Part shown: positions 9,413-20,001 of the stretch, piece after piece
How positions within the stretch are numbered: position 1 is the first letter of the stretch
Layout of the letters: the number at the start of each line of letters is the position of its first letter
DNA from: Armatimonadota bacterium
GTDB lineage: Bacteria > Armatimonadota > UBA5829
Reading direction: 5' to 3'
NCBI GenBank assembly: GCA_012522575.1
Contig: JAAYKE010000025.1
Location: 1 to 61,117 of the forward strand
Length of the DNA stretch: 61,117 nt
The notes under the pieces: model-generated
Seen by the model: the letters and a program-made list of their open reading frames with translations, nothing else
Database searches by the model: none
What the model was told of the DNA's origin: nothing
Program-made: the position numbers and the translations under genes

Positions 9413-11335
9413 ATGCGCGCGTTGTCTTTCATTTTGATACTTTTGGCGTTTGCGGCCGGCTCTGAGCTGGCTGGCGCGCCTGCAAACTTCACTTTGTGGT
9501 TGAAGGCTCATCCGCAGGCTATTGTGGCCGACGGACGCAGCCAGACGACCATAACTGCCGAGGTGCGAGATACGCGCGGCAACGCCGTCCCTGAAGGCAC
9601 CATTGTTGAATTCACCACCAATTCCGGCACAATTGAGCGCAGCTCCCGCACCATTGGCGGCATAGCTCGCGTGCGACTGCAAAGCACGGTCACCGTCGGC
9701 ACGGCTATGGTCTCGGCAGTGGTGATAAATGGCAATGCCGTAGGACAGATTCGAGTTGATTTTCTTGCCCTGGGCACGGAGATGTTCGACGAGTCATTCA
9801 TAATTATATCCTCCAAAAGCCATCTGGGATGCGACACGGACAACCGCATAGTCGATGCAGCGGGCGGAGTTACAATAGTCCATCGAGGTTTGACCATCAA
9901 TGCCGAGGAAGCGCAGATAAACCTCCGAACCAATGTATTGAGGGCAAAAAGCAAGACGGGCGGCGATAATATCGTCATAATGCGGGGAGAACAGCGACTG
10001 CAGGCGAGCCGTCTGTATTATGATTTCACATCTATGCGAGGCGTCCTGCTGGAACCTGCCGAAGAAGGCGCCGGGCGTATGGCCTTCAGAGGACGTGACT
10101 TGTTCGTCGAACCTGCCGCGGAAGGTGAAGATCAGAAGTACAACATGGACTATAAGCCCGTCGATGAGGCATCCATGTTCATAAAAGCGCAGAGCATCTT
10201 TGTCCGTCCCAGCGAGGAAATCAAGTTCAAAAAAGCGACTTTCTATATGGACGGATCCAAGATTTTGAGCGTGCCGATGCATGTAGTCAATTTGCGATCC
10301 GGCAGCAATGCGTTCAACCAGGCGCTGACCTATGGCACGGACGGCCTGCGCGTGGATTTGCCTGTCTATTATTCGCTCACACCCGCCAGCACAGGTGCAT
10401 TGCGCATACGGCGAAGTGAGACCGGAAGCTGGGGATCATACGCGACCCAACCAGGCTGGCAACTTGATCTGGAACAGGAATACAATTCCGGCGGTTCGAC
10501 CGAGGGATCCGTTTTGCTCAGGAGAATCACCTCCGCCAAAGACTGGGGGGCCAGATGGACGCAGCGCAAAGAGTTTAATAACAACTCTCAAATATACACC
10601 TATGTGGACTTCCCTTCACACCGCAACCTGTTCAGCAGCCTGCACTACAGCCGTTCGCTGCCAAATTATTCCCTCTCGGTGAACGGTCGCGTCAGCAAAT
10701 ACAGCCAGGGAAGCTCAGTTGGGACGGATGCTTATATACAGACTCGCTCGAAACCAACCCTCGGCGGGGCATTCAACTACTCGTTTTCAACAAGGATAAG
10801 CGCGCAAAGGGGACAATCTGACAGCTTTGGCAGCGGCGTCGGCCTGCAGGTCTATGGCAAACCCCTCAAGCTGGGCGGGTTGGGAAACTTGAGCACATCG
10901 TTGATATCCGGCCACAATTGGGGCAACAACGGCGGCTCTTCTCTGGTGGCTGACGCCGGGATATACCGCTACTTCGGCCATTCGAATTCCGTGGGGCTGG
11001 ACTACACCTATTCGTGGGCTAATTCCTGCAGCGGATATAGCCAGCACCGGCTTGGCGCAAACCTGAACCTGTCAGGAGCCGGCAAATGGACGATGTATGC
11101 ATACGCGACCAAGGACCTCACCGAAGACAGCCTTAGCGCTTTCGGCTCCCTGCATTATGTCATAGCTCCGAGTTGGAGCTTCGGGGTGCTGGGGACATAT
11201 CAGAAGTTCTATGATTACAGCTACCCTGAGGCGGAGTTGGCTCTGACCAGGATGATCGGCAGGCAGGATGTGAGCTTGATCTGGTCGTCATCGCGCAAAC
11301 GCCTGCGACTCGAGTTCTCCGCATTCAGCTTTTAA
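9413..11335 (+). CDS. Outer-membrane protein: invasin-type Ig domain + LptD/OstA-like region + beta-barrel
   Basis: Signal peptide; IVADGRSQTTITAEVRDTRGNAVPEGTIVEFTT (Big_1-like); jellyroll-like segment; aromatic alternating C-terminal strands ending in Phe. Confidence 0.7.
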   Translation: MRALSFILILLAFAAGSELAGAPANFTLWLKAHPQAIVADGRSQTTITAEVRDTRGNAVPEGTIVEFTTNSGTIERSSRTIGGIARVRLQSTVTVGTAMVSAVVINGNAVGQIRVDFLALGTEMFDESFIIISSKSHLGCDTDNRIVDAAGGVTIVHRGLTINAEEAQINLRTNVLRAKSKTGGDNIVIMRGEQRLQASRLYYDFTSMRGVLLEPAEEGAGRMAFRGRDLFVEPAAEGEDQKYNMDYKPVDEASMFIKAQSIFVRPSEEIKFKKATFYMDGSKILSVPMHVVNLRSGSNAFNQALTYGTDGLRVDLPVYYSLTPASTGALRIRRSETGSWGSYATQPGWQLDLEQEYNSGGSTEGSVLLRRITSAKDWGARWTQRKEFNNNSQIYTYVDFPSHRNLFSSLHYSRSLPNYSLSVNGRVSKYSQGSSVGTDAYIQTRSKPTLGGAFNYSFSTRISAQRGQSDSFGSGVGLQVYGKPLKLGGLGNLSTSLISGHNWGNNGGSSLVADAGIYRYFGHSNSVGLDYTYSWANSCSGYSQHRLGANLNLSGAGKWTMYAYATKDLTEDSLSAFGSLHYVIAPSWSFGVLGTYQKFYDYSYPEAELALTRMIGRQDVSLIWSSSRKRLRLEFSAFSF

Positions 11336-11420
11336 ATGTCCATTTCACACGAGTTGATATCCCCACTTGCCTCTGCGCAGAATCCGGCGATGAAAACTAT
11401 TGCCAATGACCGTGTTCAGC

Positions 11421-11449
11421 TTGACCGGGAGTGATACTCGCTTTATCAT
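11421..11449 (+). promoter_or_regulatory. Sigma70-type promoter of uvrB, placed for a leaderless transcript
   Basis: TTGACC-N17-TATCAT, then 6 nt to the ATG; no SD. Confidence 0.6.
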
Positions 11450-11455
11450 GCAATT

Positions 11456-13456
11456 ATGCCGGAATTCAAGATCAAGGCCGATTTTCAACCCACAGGCGAC
11501 CAGCCGCGAGCAATCGAAGAGCTGGTTGATGGAGTTCGGACGGGGCACAAATTTCAGACGCTTTTGGGAGTGACCGGCTCCGGTAAGACCTTTACGATGG
11601 CCAACATCGTGCAGGCCATTCAGAGGCCGACCCTGGTGTTGGCGCACAACAAGACCCTGGCCGCCCAACTCTGCTCCGAGTTCCGCGAATTTTTCCCGGA
11701 TAACGCTGTTGAATACTTCGTCAGTTACTACGACTACTACCTGCCCGAAGCTTATGTGCCGCAGACCGACACCTACATAGAAAAGGATTCATCGGTAAAT
11801 GACGAGATCGACCGACTGCGCCACTCCGCCACGCAAGCGGTCATCGAACGCCGCGATGTGCTGGTGGTGGCCAGCGTGAGCTGCATATTCGGCATCGGGT
11901 CTAAGGAAAGCTACTCGGAGACTGTGCTGAATATGCGGGTCGGCGACACCTATGAGCGGCAGGACATCCTGCGCAGGCTCATAAACATGCAGTTCACCCG
12001 CAACGATATCGCCCTTGGGCGCGGCACGTTTCGAGTGCGCGGAGATGTGCTGGAAATTCAGCCGATAGATGAAGAGGTCATCACCAGAATTGGCTTTTTC
12101 GGCGATGAAGTAGAGAAGATAAGCGTGGTCGATCCCATTACCGGGGAAGCGCTTAGTTCACAGAAAAACCTGACCGTCTTCCCCGCCACACACTTCGTTT
12201 CATCGGTGGAAAATATCGAGCGCTCCCTTGTGGAGATCGAAGAGGAGCTTGAGGAGCGGGTCGCGTATTTCACCAAACACGGCCGGCTGTTGGAGGCGCA
12301 GCGCATCGAACAGCGGACACGATTTGACATGGAGATGCTCAGGGAGTTGGGCTATTGCAACGGGATCGAAAATTATTCGCGCATCATCGACGGGCGCGAG
12401 CCGGGCAGCACTCCGCACACTCTGGTTGAATAATTCCCGGAAGACTTCCTGTTGTTCATAGACGAAAGCCATCAGACCATCCCGCAATTGCACGGGATGC
12501 ACGCAGGGGATCGATCGCGCAAAGAGGTGCTGGTGGAATACGGTTTCAGGCTGCCATCCGCGTTGGACAATCGCCCGCGGCGATTTACGGAGTTTGAGAA
12601 ACTTATAAATCAGGCGGTATTCGTCTCCGCTACTCCGGGACCATACGAGGTCAAGCACAGCACTCGCGTCGCCGAGCAGTTGATCCGCCCTACCGGATTG
12701 CTCGACCCCGAAGTTGAAGTCAAGCCAACCGCAGGCCAGATCGACGACCTGATAGATGAGATCAAGAAGCGTGCCGAGCAAAACGAACGCATACTGGTGA
12801 CCACGCTGACCAAAAAAATGGCGGAGGACCTAAGCTCATATTTGCTCGATTTGGGGTTGAAGGTGCACTATCTGCATTCCGAAGTCAAGACCATCGAGCG
12901 CACCGAGATATTGCGTGACCTGCGCTTGGGGGTCTATGATGCCATTGTGGGGATAAACCTGCTGCGAGAGGGATTGGATCTGCCGGAAGTTTCGCTGGTG
13001 GCAGTGCTCGATGCCGATAAAGAGGGATTTTTGCGTGACGAAAGATCGCTGATTCAGACAATGGGCAGGGCTGCTCGAAACGTGTCCGGCAAGGTCATTA
13101 TGTATGCGGATAATATCACGGAGTCTATGCGCAGGGCCATCGAGGAAACCAACCGCCGCCGTGGCATTCAGATGAAATATAACGAGGCTCATGGAATTAC
13201 TCCGACGACTATCGCCAAGGCGATCCGCGACCTTATAGACACCGGATCTACCGGCGCGACAACCGACAAACCCGGTAAACTGGCAAGACCGGAGGCGCTG
13301 GCTCTCGATGAGCTGTTGTCGCATATAACCCAGATGGAGCGGGATATGAAAAAAGCCGCAAAAGGCCTGGACTTTGAACGCGCCGCTGAGTTGAGGGATG
13401 AGATGGCATCGCTGAAGAAGTTTCTGCCGGACGCGACTTGGAAATCAATGAGATAG
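11456..13456 (+). pseudogene. uvrB: Excinuclease ABC subunit B interrupted by one in-frame TAA at 12431-12433 (nonsense allele or sequence error)
   Basis: Walker [14 protein letters not shown] hairpin, then [17 protein letters not shown] in the same frame, [26 protein letters not shown] and a C-terminal UVR domain (FERAAELRD). Confidence 0.9.
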
Positions 13457-13538
13457 CGTCAGGCAGAGAAATCGCATTACGAATTTTTGGAAGGTGTATT
13501 ATATTTATTAAACTAACCTGCTATTACGGAGGTCTGAT

Positions 13539-14546
13539 ATGACCAGCAGAGAACGAGTGAAACGCTGCCTTGAGTTTGCCAACCCGGACCGATGTCCGAT
13601 GAGTTTTCCCGCGCCGTATCCTCACGATTTTTGCGGAGCTGGTATTTCCGCTGACCCTGAGTGGAAGCCCTGGCGGACGTGGGATCTGCCGGATGGCGTC
13701 AAACAGTGGGAAGATGAATGGCACAACGTCTGGAAGTGTCTGCCCAATACGACCCGCGGAGAAGTTATCGAGGGCGTGATCAAGGAATGGGACGAGGTCG
13801 CAGCTTATCAGATGCCTCGCATGGACCTGCCCTCCCGATATGAAAATGCGCGAAAAAAGTTTGCCGAGCATCCGGATTTGTATCATCTCGGCAGCCTGCC
13901 GGGGTTCCCGTTTGCCATTATGCGTTATATGCGCACCGTTGAAACGTTTCTGGCGGATGTTCTTTTGTATCCCGATGAGGTCAACGCGCTGCAGCGCAAG
14001 GTGGTCGATATGCTGAAAGGATGCCTTGACCAGTGGGCGACCGCGGATTGCGACGGAGTTATATGGGCCGAGGACTGGGGCACGCAGGAGCGGCTTTTAG
14101 TATCTCCAAAGCTATGGCATGAGATGTTCGAGTGGGGATTTTGCGAGATAGTCAGCCACGCACGCGAGCGCGGCATACAGACCTGGATGCACTCCTGCGG
14201 ATACATTAAAGATATCATCCCAAGCCTTGTCGATATGGGCGTTAATGTGCTGCAACTGGATCAGCCCACCCTTTCCGATCTGGATTTTCTGGCTAACACC
14301 TGCCACGGCAAAACCGCTATATGGTCCCCGGTGGATATTCAGCGCGACCTGCCGACCGGGGATGAAGAATATATTCGTGCGCGTGCGCGTGAGTTGATAG
14401 ATAAGCTCGGCTCGAATGGCGGCGGGTTTGTGTGCGGGTATTACAGTGACGTGAAATCGCTGGCCGTTGAGCCTGAATGGCAGATGTGGGCGGTGGATGA
14501 GTTCGCCAAATATGCAGTGCAAAAAGGATCGGCGCAGGGTTCATAG
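13539..14546 (+). CDS. Uroporphyrinogen decarboxylase-family (MtaA/CmuA-like) protein
   Basis: Motifs DEWHNVW, EDWGTQERLLVSP, MHSCG and DIQRDLPTG; GGAGG SD. Confidence 0.85.
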   Translation: MTSRERVKRCLEFANPDRCPMSFPAPYPHDFCGAGISADPEWKPWRTWDLPDGVKQWEDEWHNVWKCLPNTTRGEVIEGVIKEWDEVAAYQMPRMDLPSRYENARKKFAEHPDLYHLGSLPGFPFAIMRYMRTVETFLADVLLYPDEVNALQRKVVDMLKGCLDQWATADCDGVIWAEDWGTQERLLVSPKLWHEMFEWGFCEIVSHARERGIQTWMHSCGYIKDIIPSLVDMGVNVLQLDQPTLSDLDFLANTCHGKTAIWSPVDIQRDLPTGDEEYIRARARELIDKLGSNGGGFVCGYYSDVKSLAVEPEWQMWAVDEFAKYAVQKGSAQGS

Positions 14547-14560
14547 AAGCAACCATGCGC

Positions 14561-14845
14561 GTAACAGCACACAAATGATGAGATCTAGAGGTTGGAGGTT
14601 AGAAGTTAGAGGTTAGAAAAGCAGTACGATGGGAGGTGATCTCCGAATCGCCGTTTCCTTCTACATGGCACAACCCCTCGCGATGCCGGCTCGAACTTCG
14701 GACATCTGACCTCGGACATCGAAAAAAGCAGATTTCTCACTTCGTTCGAAATGACATGGGTTGACGTTCGAAATGACAAGAGTTGTGTGGCTGGGACAGA
14801 GAGGCCAGCCACTTCAACCACTCACGAAGAGTAAGCAATTCACAA
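14561..14845 (+). repeat. Modular intergenic repeat element, copy 2 (both termini present)
   Basis: GTAACAGCACACAAATGATGAG, AGAGGTT-type array, block B, hairpin C with a partial duplicate, and right end CTCACGAAGAGTAAGC shared with copy 5. Confidence 0.9.
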
Positions 14846-14869
14846 ATCGCCCTTGTTCGGCTCTGCGGA

Positions 14870-15823
14870 TTATAACGCCTTCTGGCGTCGGACTTCCTTT
14901 TCTACGGCTTTATGCGCGACGGCCTGCAGGTATTTGACATCCGCCGCGGACATGCCCTCCGGGACATACTTATTGCCCACAATGCTCTTTTTGAACATGC
15001 ATTCATACCACACACACCCTGCCAGATAACAACCCATGCCGCCCACATGGTGGCCGTCCATTTTCAACATCGGAGCGCCGTCTTCGTCTTTGCCCCAATA
15101 CCACCCGGCGTGCAATGAGTGTGTTTGATCGGGCAAGGTCGGCGGAGTCAGCTTCGACAGGTCGATTTTTGGGGATTTATATCCCCATTTCGGATCGGTA
15201 TCCGCGTCATACATCGCGTCGCCAACCGGCATAATTCTTATCCCAAGCTCCCTGGCAATGGCGCGATAGGCTTTTGTGAGATCAGCATACATTCTGGCGT
15301 GCGTGTTGCCGTCCTCTCCGCCAAATCCGGGATCATCGACTCGGTATGCCCACGTTTGATGCATTAAGACTTCGGCCTGAGGAGCATGCTTTTTGAAGTA
15401 ATTATACAGATTCCGAGCGTAGGGTCTGTAGGTTTTAATGTCCGGGCTTAGTATGCTCGCCTGCTGCATTGTCACATATTCCCATTTATCGTGGGTAAGG
15501 ACATCTTTGAGGCTATACATACCTGCGACGCCATCGATGTTCATCGAATATGCCCTGCCGGTCTCATCGATGGGGTCGGATTCGGTTTTTTTGACATTAT
15601 TCCAATGCCGCTCCATAGAGCATCCCGGCAGGTCGGCTCGCTGGAGAATCAGCGTATCCCCGGCAGCGGCGGCAATATCCTTGAGATATCGAATGGCATT
15701 GCCCGAAAAGCTGTTGCCGACAGTCAGCAGTTTTACGGTCTTTGCGCCATTATCCGCCATCAGAACGCTACTGCACATTGCAATCACCAAAATCATCAGC
15801 ACAATAATTCTTAAATAAAGCAC
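14870..15823 (-). CDS. DUF4886-family SGNH-like hydrolase, exported
   Basis: Motifs LLTVGNSFS, WEYVTMQQAS, HQTWAY and DGHH; GTG start with AAGGAGG SD. Confidence 0.85.
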   Translation of the reverse strand: MLYLRIIVLMILVIAMCSSVLMADNGAKTVKLLTVGNSFSGNAIRYLKDIAAAAGDTLILQRADLPGCSMERHWNNVKKTESDPIDETGRAYSMNIDGVAGMYSLKDVLTHDKWEYVTMQQASILSPDIKTYRPYARNLYNYFKKHAPQAEVLMHQTWAYRVDDPGFGGEDGNTHARMYADLTKAYRAIARELGIRIMPVGDAMYDADTDPKWGYKSPKIDLSKLTPPTLPDQTHSLHAGWYWGKDEDGAPMLKMDGHHVGGMGCYLAGCVWYECMFKKSIVGNKYVPEGMSAADVKYLQAVAHKAVEKEVRRQKAL

Positions 15824-15849
15824 TTGCAGCCTCCTTGGAGTTCACCATA

Positions 15850-17565
15850 CTACTGCTTTTTCCTGCCCATTGCTTTTTCTATTCTAGCCCACGTATCACG
15901 AAGAGTGACCGTGCGATTGAATATGAGTTTGTCCGCACTTGAATCTGAATCCACGCAGAAATAGCCCTGCCGTTCGAACTGGTATCTGGTTCCAGGTGCG
16001 GCTCCGCCCACCCCGGGTTCTATGCGGCAGTTGACAACCTGCAGCGAGTTCGGGTTCAAATTGTCGATAAAGCTCCCTCCCGGCTCCACATCATCCGGGT
16101 TCGGTTTCATGAATAGATGATCATACAACCGCGCCTGCGCTTCCACGGACTGCTCTGCCGCCACCCAATGCACCGTCGCCTTCACTTTTCGACCATCGGG
16201 AGCATCCCCTCCGCGGGTTTCAGGGTCATAGGTGCAGTGCAACTCGACCACTTCGCCGTTTGCATCCTTGATGACGTCCACGCACTTGATAAAATACGCA
16301 TAACGCAGGCGGATTTCACGACCGGGCGCGAGGCGGAAGTATTTCGGCGGCGGGTCCTCCCGGAAATCGTCTCGCTCGATGTAAATCTCTCTGCCAAATG
16401 GGACTTTTCTGGTTCCGGCGGTCGGGTCCTCCGGGTTGTTTATGGCATCGAACTCCTCGGATTCTCCCTCCGGGTAGTTGACCAGCACGACCTTTAGAGG
16501 ATTCATCACCGCCATAACTCGATGGGAGTTTCTATTGAGATCATCGCGCACGCAGTCTTGCAGCATCGCCACATCGACAACGCTGTCCACTTTTGCGACT
16601 CCTATGCGGGAGCAAAAGTCCTTTATCGCCTCCGGCGTATAGCCGCGTCTTCTCAGCCCTGCAAGCGTCGGCAGCCTCGGGTCATCGTAGCCGGAGACAT
16701 GTCCGCCATCGACCAGCTCAATAAACCGGCGTTTGCTCATCACGGTATATGTGAGATTGAGTCGCGCAAATTCGATCTGCCTTGGGTGGTATATGCCGAG
16801 TTGGTCGAGGAACCAGTCATAAAGCGGCCTGTGATTTTCGTATTCGAGGGAGCACAGGGAGTGGGTAATGCCCTCGATTGAGTCCTCCAGTCCATGCGCC
16901 CAGTCGTACATCGGATAGATGCACCATTTGTCGCCCTGCCTGTGATGATGTGCATGACGGATTCGATACATCACCGGGTCCCGCATGTGCAGGTTCGGCG
17001 CGGCCATATCGATCTTCGCGCGAAGGGTCCGCGCGCCATCCTCGAACTCTCCTGCGCGCATTCTTTGGAACAGGTCCAGGCTCTCTCGTGCACTGCGATT
17101 GCGATACGGGCTGTCTGTGCCGGGAGAAGTCGGAGCGCCGCGCATTTCGATTACCTGTTCCGGAGTCAGGTCGCAGACATACGCCCTGCCTTTTTTTATC
17201 AGGTCAACAGCCCATTCATACATCTGCTCGAAGTAGTCCGAGCCGAAGAACAGGCGATCCTCCCAGTCGGCTCCCACCCATCGCACATCCTCAATTATCG
17301 CATCGACAAACTCCTGTTCCTCGCGAGTGGGGTTTGTATCATCGAACCTCAAATTGAACTTTCCGCCGAACTCAAGCGCGATGCCGTAGTCGATCCAAAG
17401 AGCCTTGGCATGGCCAATGTGCAGATATGCGTTTGGCTCCGGCGGGAATCGCGTGTGGACCCTGTCGAATCTGCCCTCGGCGAGGTCCTGTTTTATGAAT
17501 TCTCGTATAAAGTCCGTCGGTTCGGGCCGAGGAGTATCTGTGGTAGTATCGGGTGTGTCGCTCAT
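15850..17565 (-). CDS. glnS: Glutaminyl-tRNA synthetase
   Basis: [17 protein letters not shown] (HIGH), [21 protein letters not shown] and YQFERQGYF. Confidence 0.97.
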   Translation of the reverse strand: MSDTPDTTTDTPRPEPTDFIREFIKQDLAEGRFDRVHTRFPPEPNAYLHIGHAKALWIDYGIALEFGGKFNLRFDDTNPTREEQEFVDAIIEDVRWVGADWEDRLFFGSDYFEQMYEWAVDLIKKGRAYVCDLTPEQVIEMRGAPTSPGTDSPYRNRSARESLDLFQRMRAGEFEDGARTLRAKIDMAAPNLHMRDPVMYRIRHAHHHRQGDKWCIYPMYDWAHGLEDSIEGITHSLCSLEYENHRPLYDWFLDQLGIYHPRQIEFARLNLTYTVMSKRRFIELVDGGHVSGYDDPRLPTLAGLRRRGYTPEAIKDFCSRIGVAKVDSVVDVAMLQDCVRDDLNRNSHRVMAVMNPLKVVLVNYPEGESEEFDAINNPEDPTAGTRKVPFGREIYIERDDFREDPPPKYFRLAPGREIRLRYAYFIKCVDVIKDANGEVVELHCTYDPETRGGDAPDGRKVKATVHWVAAEQSVEAQARLYDHLFMKPNPDDVEPGGSFIDNLNPNSLQVVNCRIEPGVGGAAPGTRYQFERQGYFCVDSDSSADKLIFNRTVTLRDTWARIEKAMGRKKQ

Positions 17566-17641
17566 AGCCTGCCTTTCTTATGACCAGTGGGCTAATTTTG
17601 CCATATCGCAAGAACAATTTCAAGCGGCAGCCCGTCAAATA

Positions 17642-18856
17642 TCAACCGGCAACCTTATTGTTTCTGCGCAACCTCAGCGTCATTGACAGCACAAGCCCGA
17701 CCCCTGCCAGCGCCGCAGAGAATATAAATCCGCTGGTGTAGCTATCGTTTACGGCCTTTAATTGCGCTCCTATCCACGGCCCAAGCAGACCTGCCACGCT
17801 GAAGGCGATAAATAATAAAGCGTAGTTGACCTCGATGTTGCGGGTCCCGAACCGGTCGGCGCAAAGGGATGGGAACGTGCCCAACACGCCTCCATAGCAC
17901 AGGCCGACCGCTAGATAACCAAGCCACAATCCCTGATTTGTCTGCGCGATTTGCGGCATAGTGACCATCGCAAGCCCGGTTATGATGAGAATTGCGGTAA
18001 GGGTATTCAGACGACCGATTTTATCCGACACAGTAGCCCAGCCCAGCCGCCCTGCCGCGCTTGCCACCCCGCCGAGCACTCCCACCATAGAAGCCGCCGC
18101 CACATCTCCAAGCCCTGTTATGTTTACGGCCACCTCCTTTGCCTCGCTTATGAGAAGCAGGCCGGGGGATGCTCCGCAGATATACAGAGCGAATAAAACC
18201 CAGAAAGCGGGCTGCCTCAGCATCTGCGTCCAATACACATCGCGCCCGTCCTTGCCGGAGTCGGCTGCTCCGTTGACGGCAGGCGCGGCATCGTTGGGCG
18301 GGTCTATTATGAACCGGGAGGCAGGGACTATTATGCACAAAAAGCAGATTCCCAACGCCTTCAAAGCGCCCTGGACTCCGATTTGAGTGACCAATAGCTG
18401 CCCGATGTTGGCAACGCCCAGGGTTCCGACGCCCAAAGCCGCTACAACAGCTCCGCTGGCGAACCCCTTGCGTTCGGGGAACCACCTGACCGCGACAGCT
18501 ATGCCCGTCGCATAAATGATCCCGTTTCCGAGCGAAACCATAAGGCCATAGGAAATATGCAGGCAATAACCGCTGTTGACGAACCCTGCCAGCAAAACGC
18601 CCAGGCCAAATATGGTACCTCCCATCGCCACTGCTATTCGCGGCCCGATTCGTCGGGAGATCAAGCCACCCACGATCATCCCTAAGGGCAAAAACGCGAA
18701 ACTGAGAGAATATGCCAGTGTGGCTTCCTGGGTTGTGCAGTGCAGCACTTCGATGAGGTCTTTTTTGAATACACTGAACGCATAACCCGCGCCCATACAA
18801 GTGTTTGCTAAGATGCCGGCCGTGAACACGAGCCAGCGTTTGCGACTAGTAGCCAA
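17642..18856 (-). CDS. MFS transporter, oxalate/formate antiporter (OFA) family
   Basis: About 12 hydrophobic segments; RWFPERKGFASG, GRLGWATVSDKIGR and ADRFGTRN...NY. Confidence 0.88.
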   Translation of the reverse strand: MATSRKRWLVFTAGILANTCMGAGYAFSVFKKDLIEVLHCTTQEATLAYSLSFAFLPLGMIVGGLISRRIGPRIAVAMGGTIFGLGVLLAGFVNSGYCLHISYGLMVSLGNGIIYATGIAVAVRWFPERKGFASGAVVAALGVGTLGVANIGQLLVTQIGVQGALKALGICFLCIIVPASRFIIDPPNDAAPAVNGAADSGKDGRDVYWTQMLRQPAFWVLFALYICGASPGLLLISEAKEVAVNITGLGDVAAASMVGVLGGVASAAGRLGWATVSDKIGRLNTLTAILIITGLAMVTMPQIAQTNQGLWLGYLAVGLCYGGVLGTFPSLCADRFGTRNIEVNYALLFIAFSVAGLLGPWIGAQLKAVNDSYTSGFIFSAALAGVGLVLSMTLRLRRNNKVAG

Positions 18857-19017
18857 TATTATCCCCTGTATCTTTACAACTGCTGTTTAGCTTACTCCTT
18901 AGAACTCACTATTGCAAGAGTATGGATGGCTCCGGCTGTTAAATCGGAATATTTTGAAGGTTACAACCGCATTGATTGCTAATATGAATTGTATGAACAG
19001 CGATGGAGGTGGCCAAC

Positions 19018-19491
19018 GTGCCTGATATGTTTGTTAAGCTGCTCGATATTCCCGATGACAGCGAGATAATAGCCAAACTGAAAGAGCAAGGGATCAACAT
19101 ACGCAGAATTCAGCCGTGGGAACGCTCGATTCTTCACAGATTCGTAACCCAAAACTTCAGCGAAGGATGGGGTGACGAGGTGATGGCTTCGTTTTCCCGC
19201 CACCCGGTGTCCTGTTTCGTAGCAACCCATGAGAAAAAGATAGTGGTGTTTGGATGCTACGAGACCACCTGCAAGAATTTCTTCGGGCCTACCGGCGTAT
19301 CAAAAGACTATCGCGGCAAAGATATAGGCAAGGTTCTGCTGATAGAATGCCTTAAGGCGCTGCGGGAGATGGGATATGCATATTGCATAATCGGCGGGGT
19401 TGGCCCGGCGGATTTCTATGCAAAATGCTGCGGCGCGACATTGATCCCCGACAGCGTGCCCGGCATCTATGGGGATGGCCTGGAGCGATAG
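19018..19491 (+). CDS. GNAT-family N-acetyltransferase
   Basis: FFGPTGVSKDYRGKDIGK acetyl-CoA motif, GYAYCIIGG, FYAK; GTG start after GGAGGT. Confidence 0.88.
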   Translation: MPDMFVKLLDIPDDSEIIAKLKEQGINIRRIQPWERSILHRFVTQNFSEGWGDEVMASFSRHPVSCFVATHEKKIVVFGCYETTCKNFFGPTGVSKDYRGKDIGKVLLIECLKALREMGYAYCIIGGVGPADFYAKCCGATLIPDSVPGIYGDGLER

Positions 19492-19596
19492 GTTATTGGC
19501 TGAATGAGAAGCTGCTTGTCTAAATTGACTTGGGCTATTACGTATTTGTGCCGGACGTGGCATAATATATAGGTAAATCGCGCGAGGTGTTTTGTG

Positions 19597-19971
19597 ATGT
19601 CATCAGAATCGACAGTGCAACAGTTGAGTGAACCTGACGGACGCTGGTGGGGTATGTTGTGCCACCTGACCGGCCTGGCCGGCCTCATCGGCATACCGTT
19701 CGGAAATATTATTATTCCGTGGATTTTGTGGCGCAAGAAGAGAAACGCCAGCGCGTTCGTCAACGAGCAAGGCAAATCCGCCCTCAACTTCCAGTTGAAC
19801 ACATTCGTCTACGTCGCTATCTGTGTCGTGCTGGTTAAGCTCAAGTTCAGCGCGTTTACTATGCTCGTGCTGCTGTTTTTATATATCCTGGTTTCCGTGG
19901 TCATCGCGTCGATTTTCGCCATTGAAGGCAAGTCGTATCGGTATCCGCTGACGATCAAATTCATCAGATAA
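19597..19971 (+). CDS. DUF4870 membrane protein
   Basis: Motifs WGMLCHL, FVNEQGKSALNFQ and GKSYRYPLTIKFI. Confidence 0.88.
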   Translation: MSSESTVQQLSEPDGRWWGMLCHLTGLAGLIGIPFGNIIIPWILWRKKRNASAFVNEQGKSALNFQLNTFVYVAICVVLVKLKFSAFTMLVLLFLYILVSVVIASIFAIEGKSYRYPLTIKFIR

Positions 19972-20001
19972 TATTGGGCATATAATTGGTGCGGAGGCAG
20001 C

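Noticed and set aside
11400-11455. LexA box upstream of uvrB
   Set aside because: GACCGTGTTC does not fit GAAC-N4-GTTC or CTGT-N8-ACAG.
12431-12433. Selenocysteine, pyrrolysine or genome-wide stop-codon reassignment
   Set aside because: The codon is TAA, not TGA or TAG, and TAA terminates many intact genes here (SLT, scpB, melA). Only one interrupted gene was seen.
19018-19491. GNAT as the AblB partner of the aminomutase
   Set aside because: It lies about 28 kb away, is much shorter than AblB, and looks like a different GNAT subfamily.
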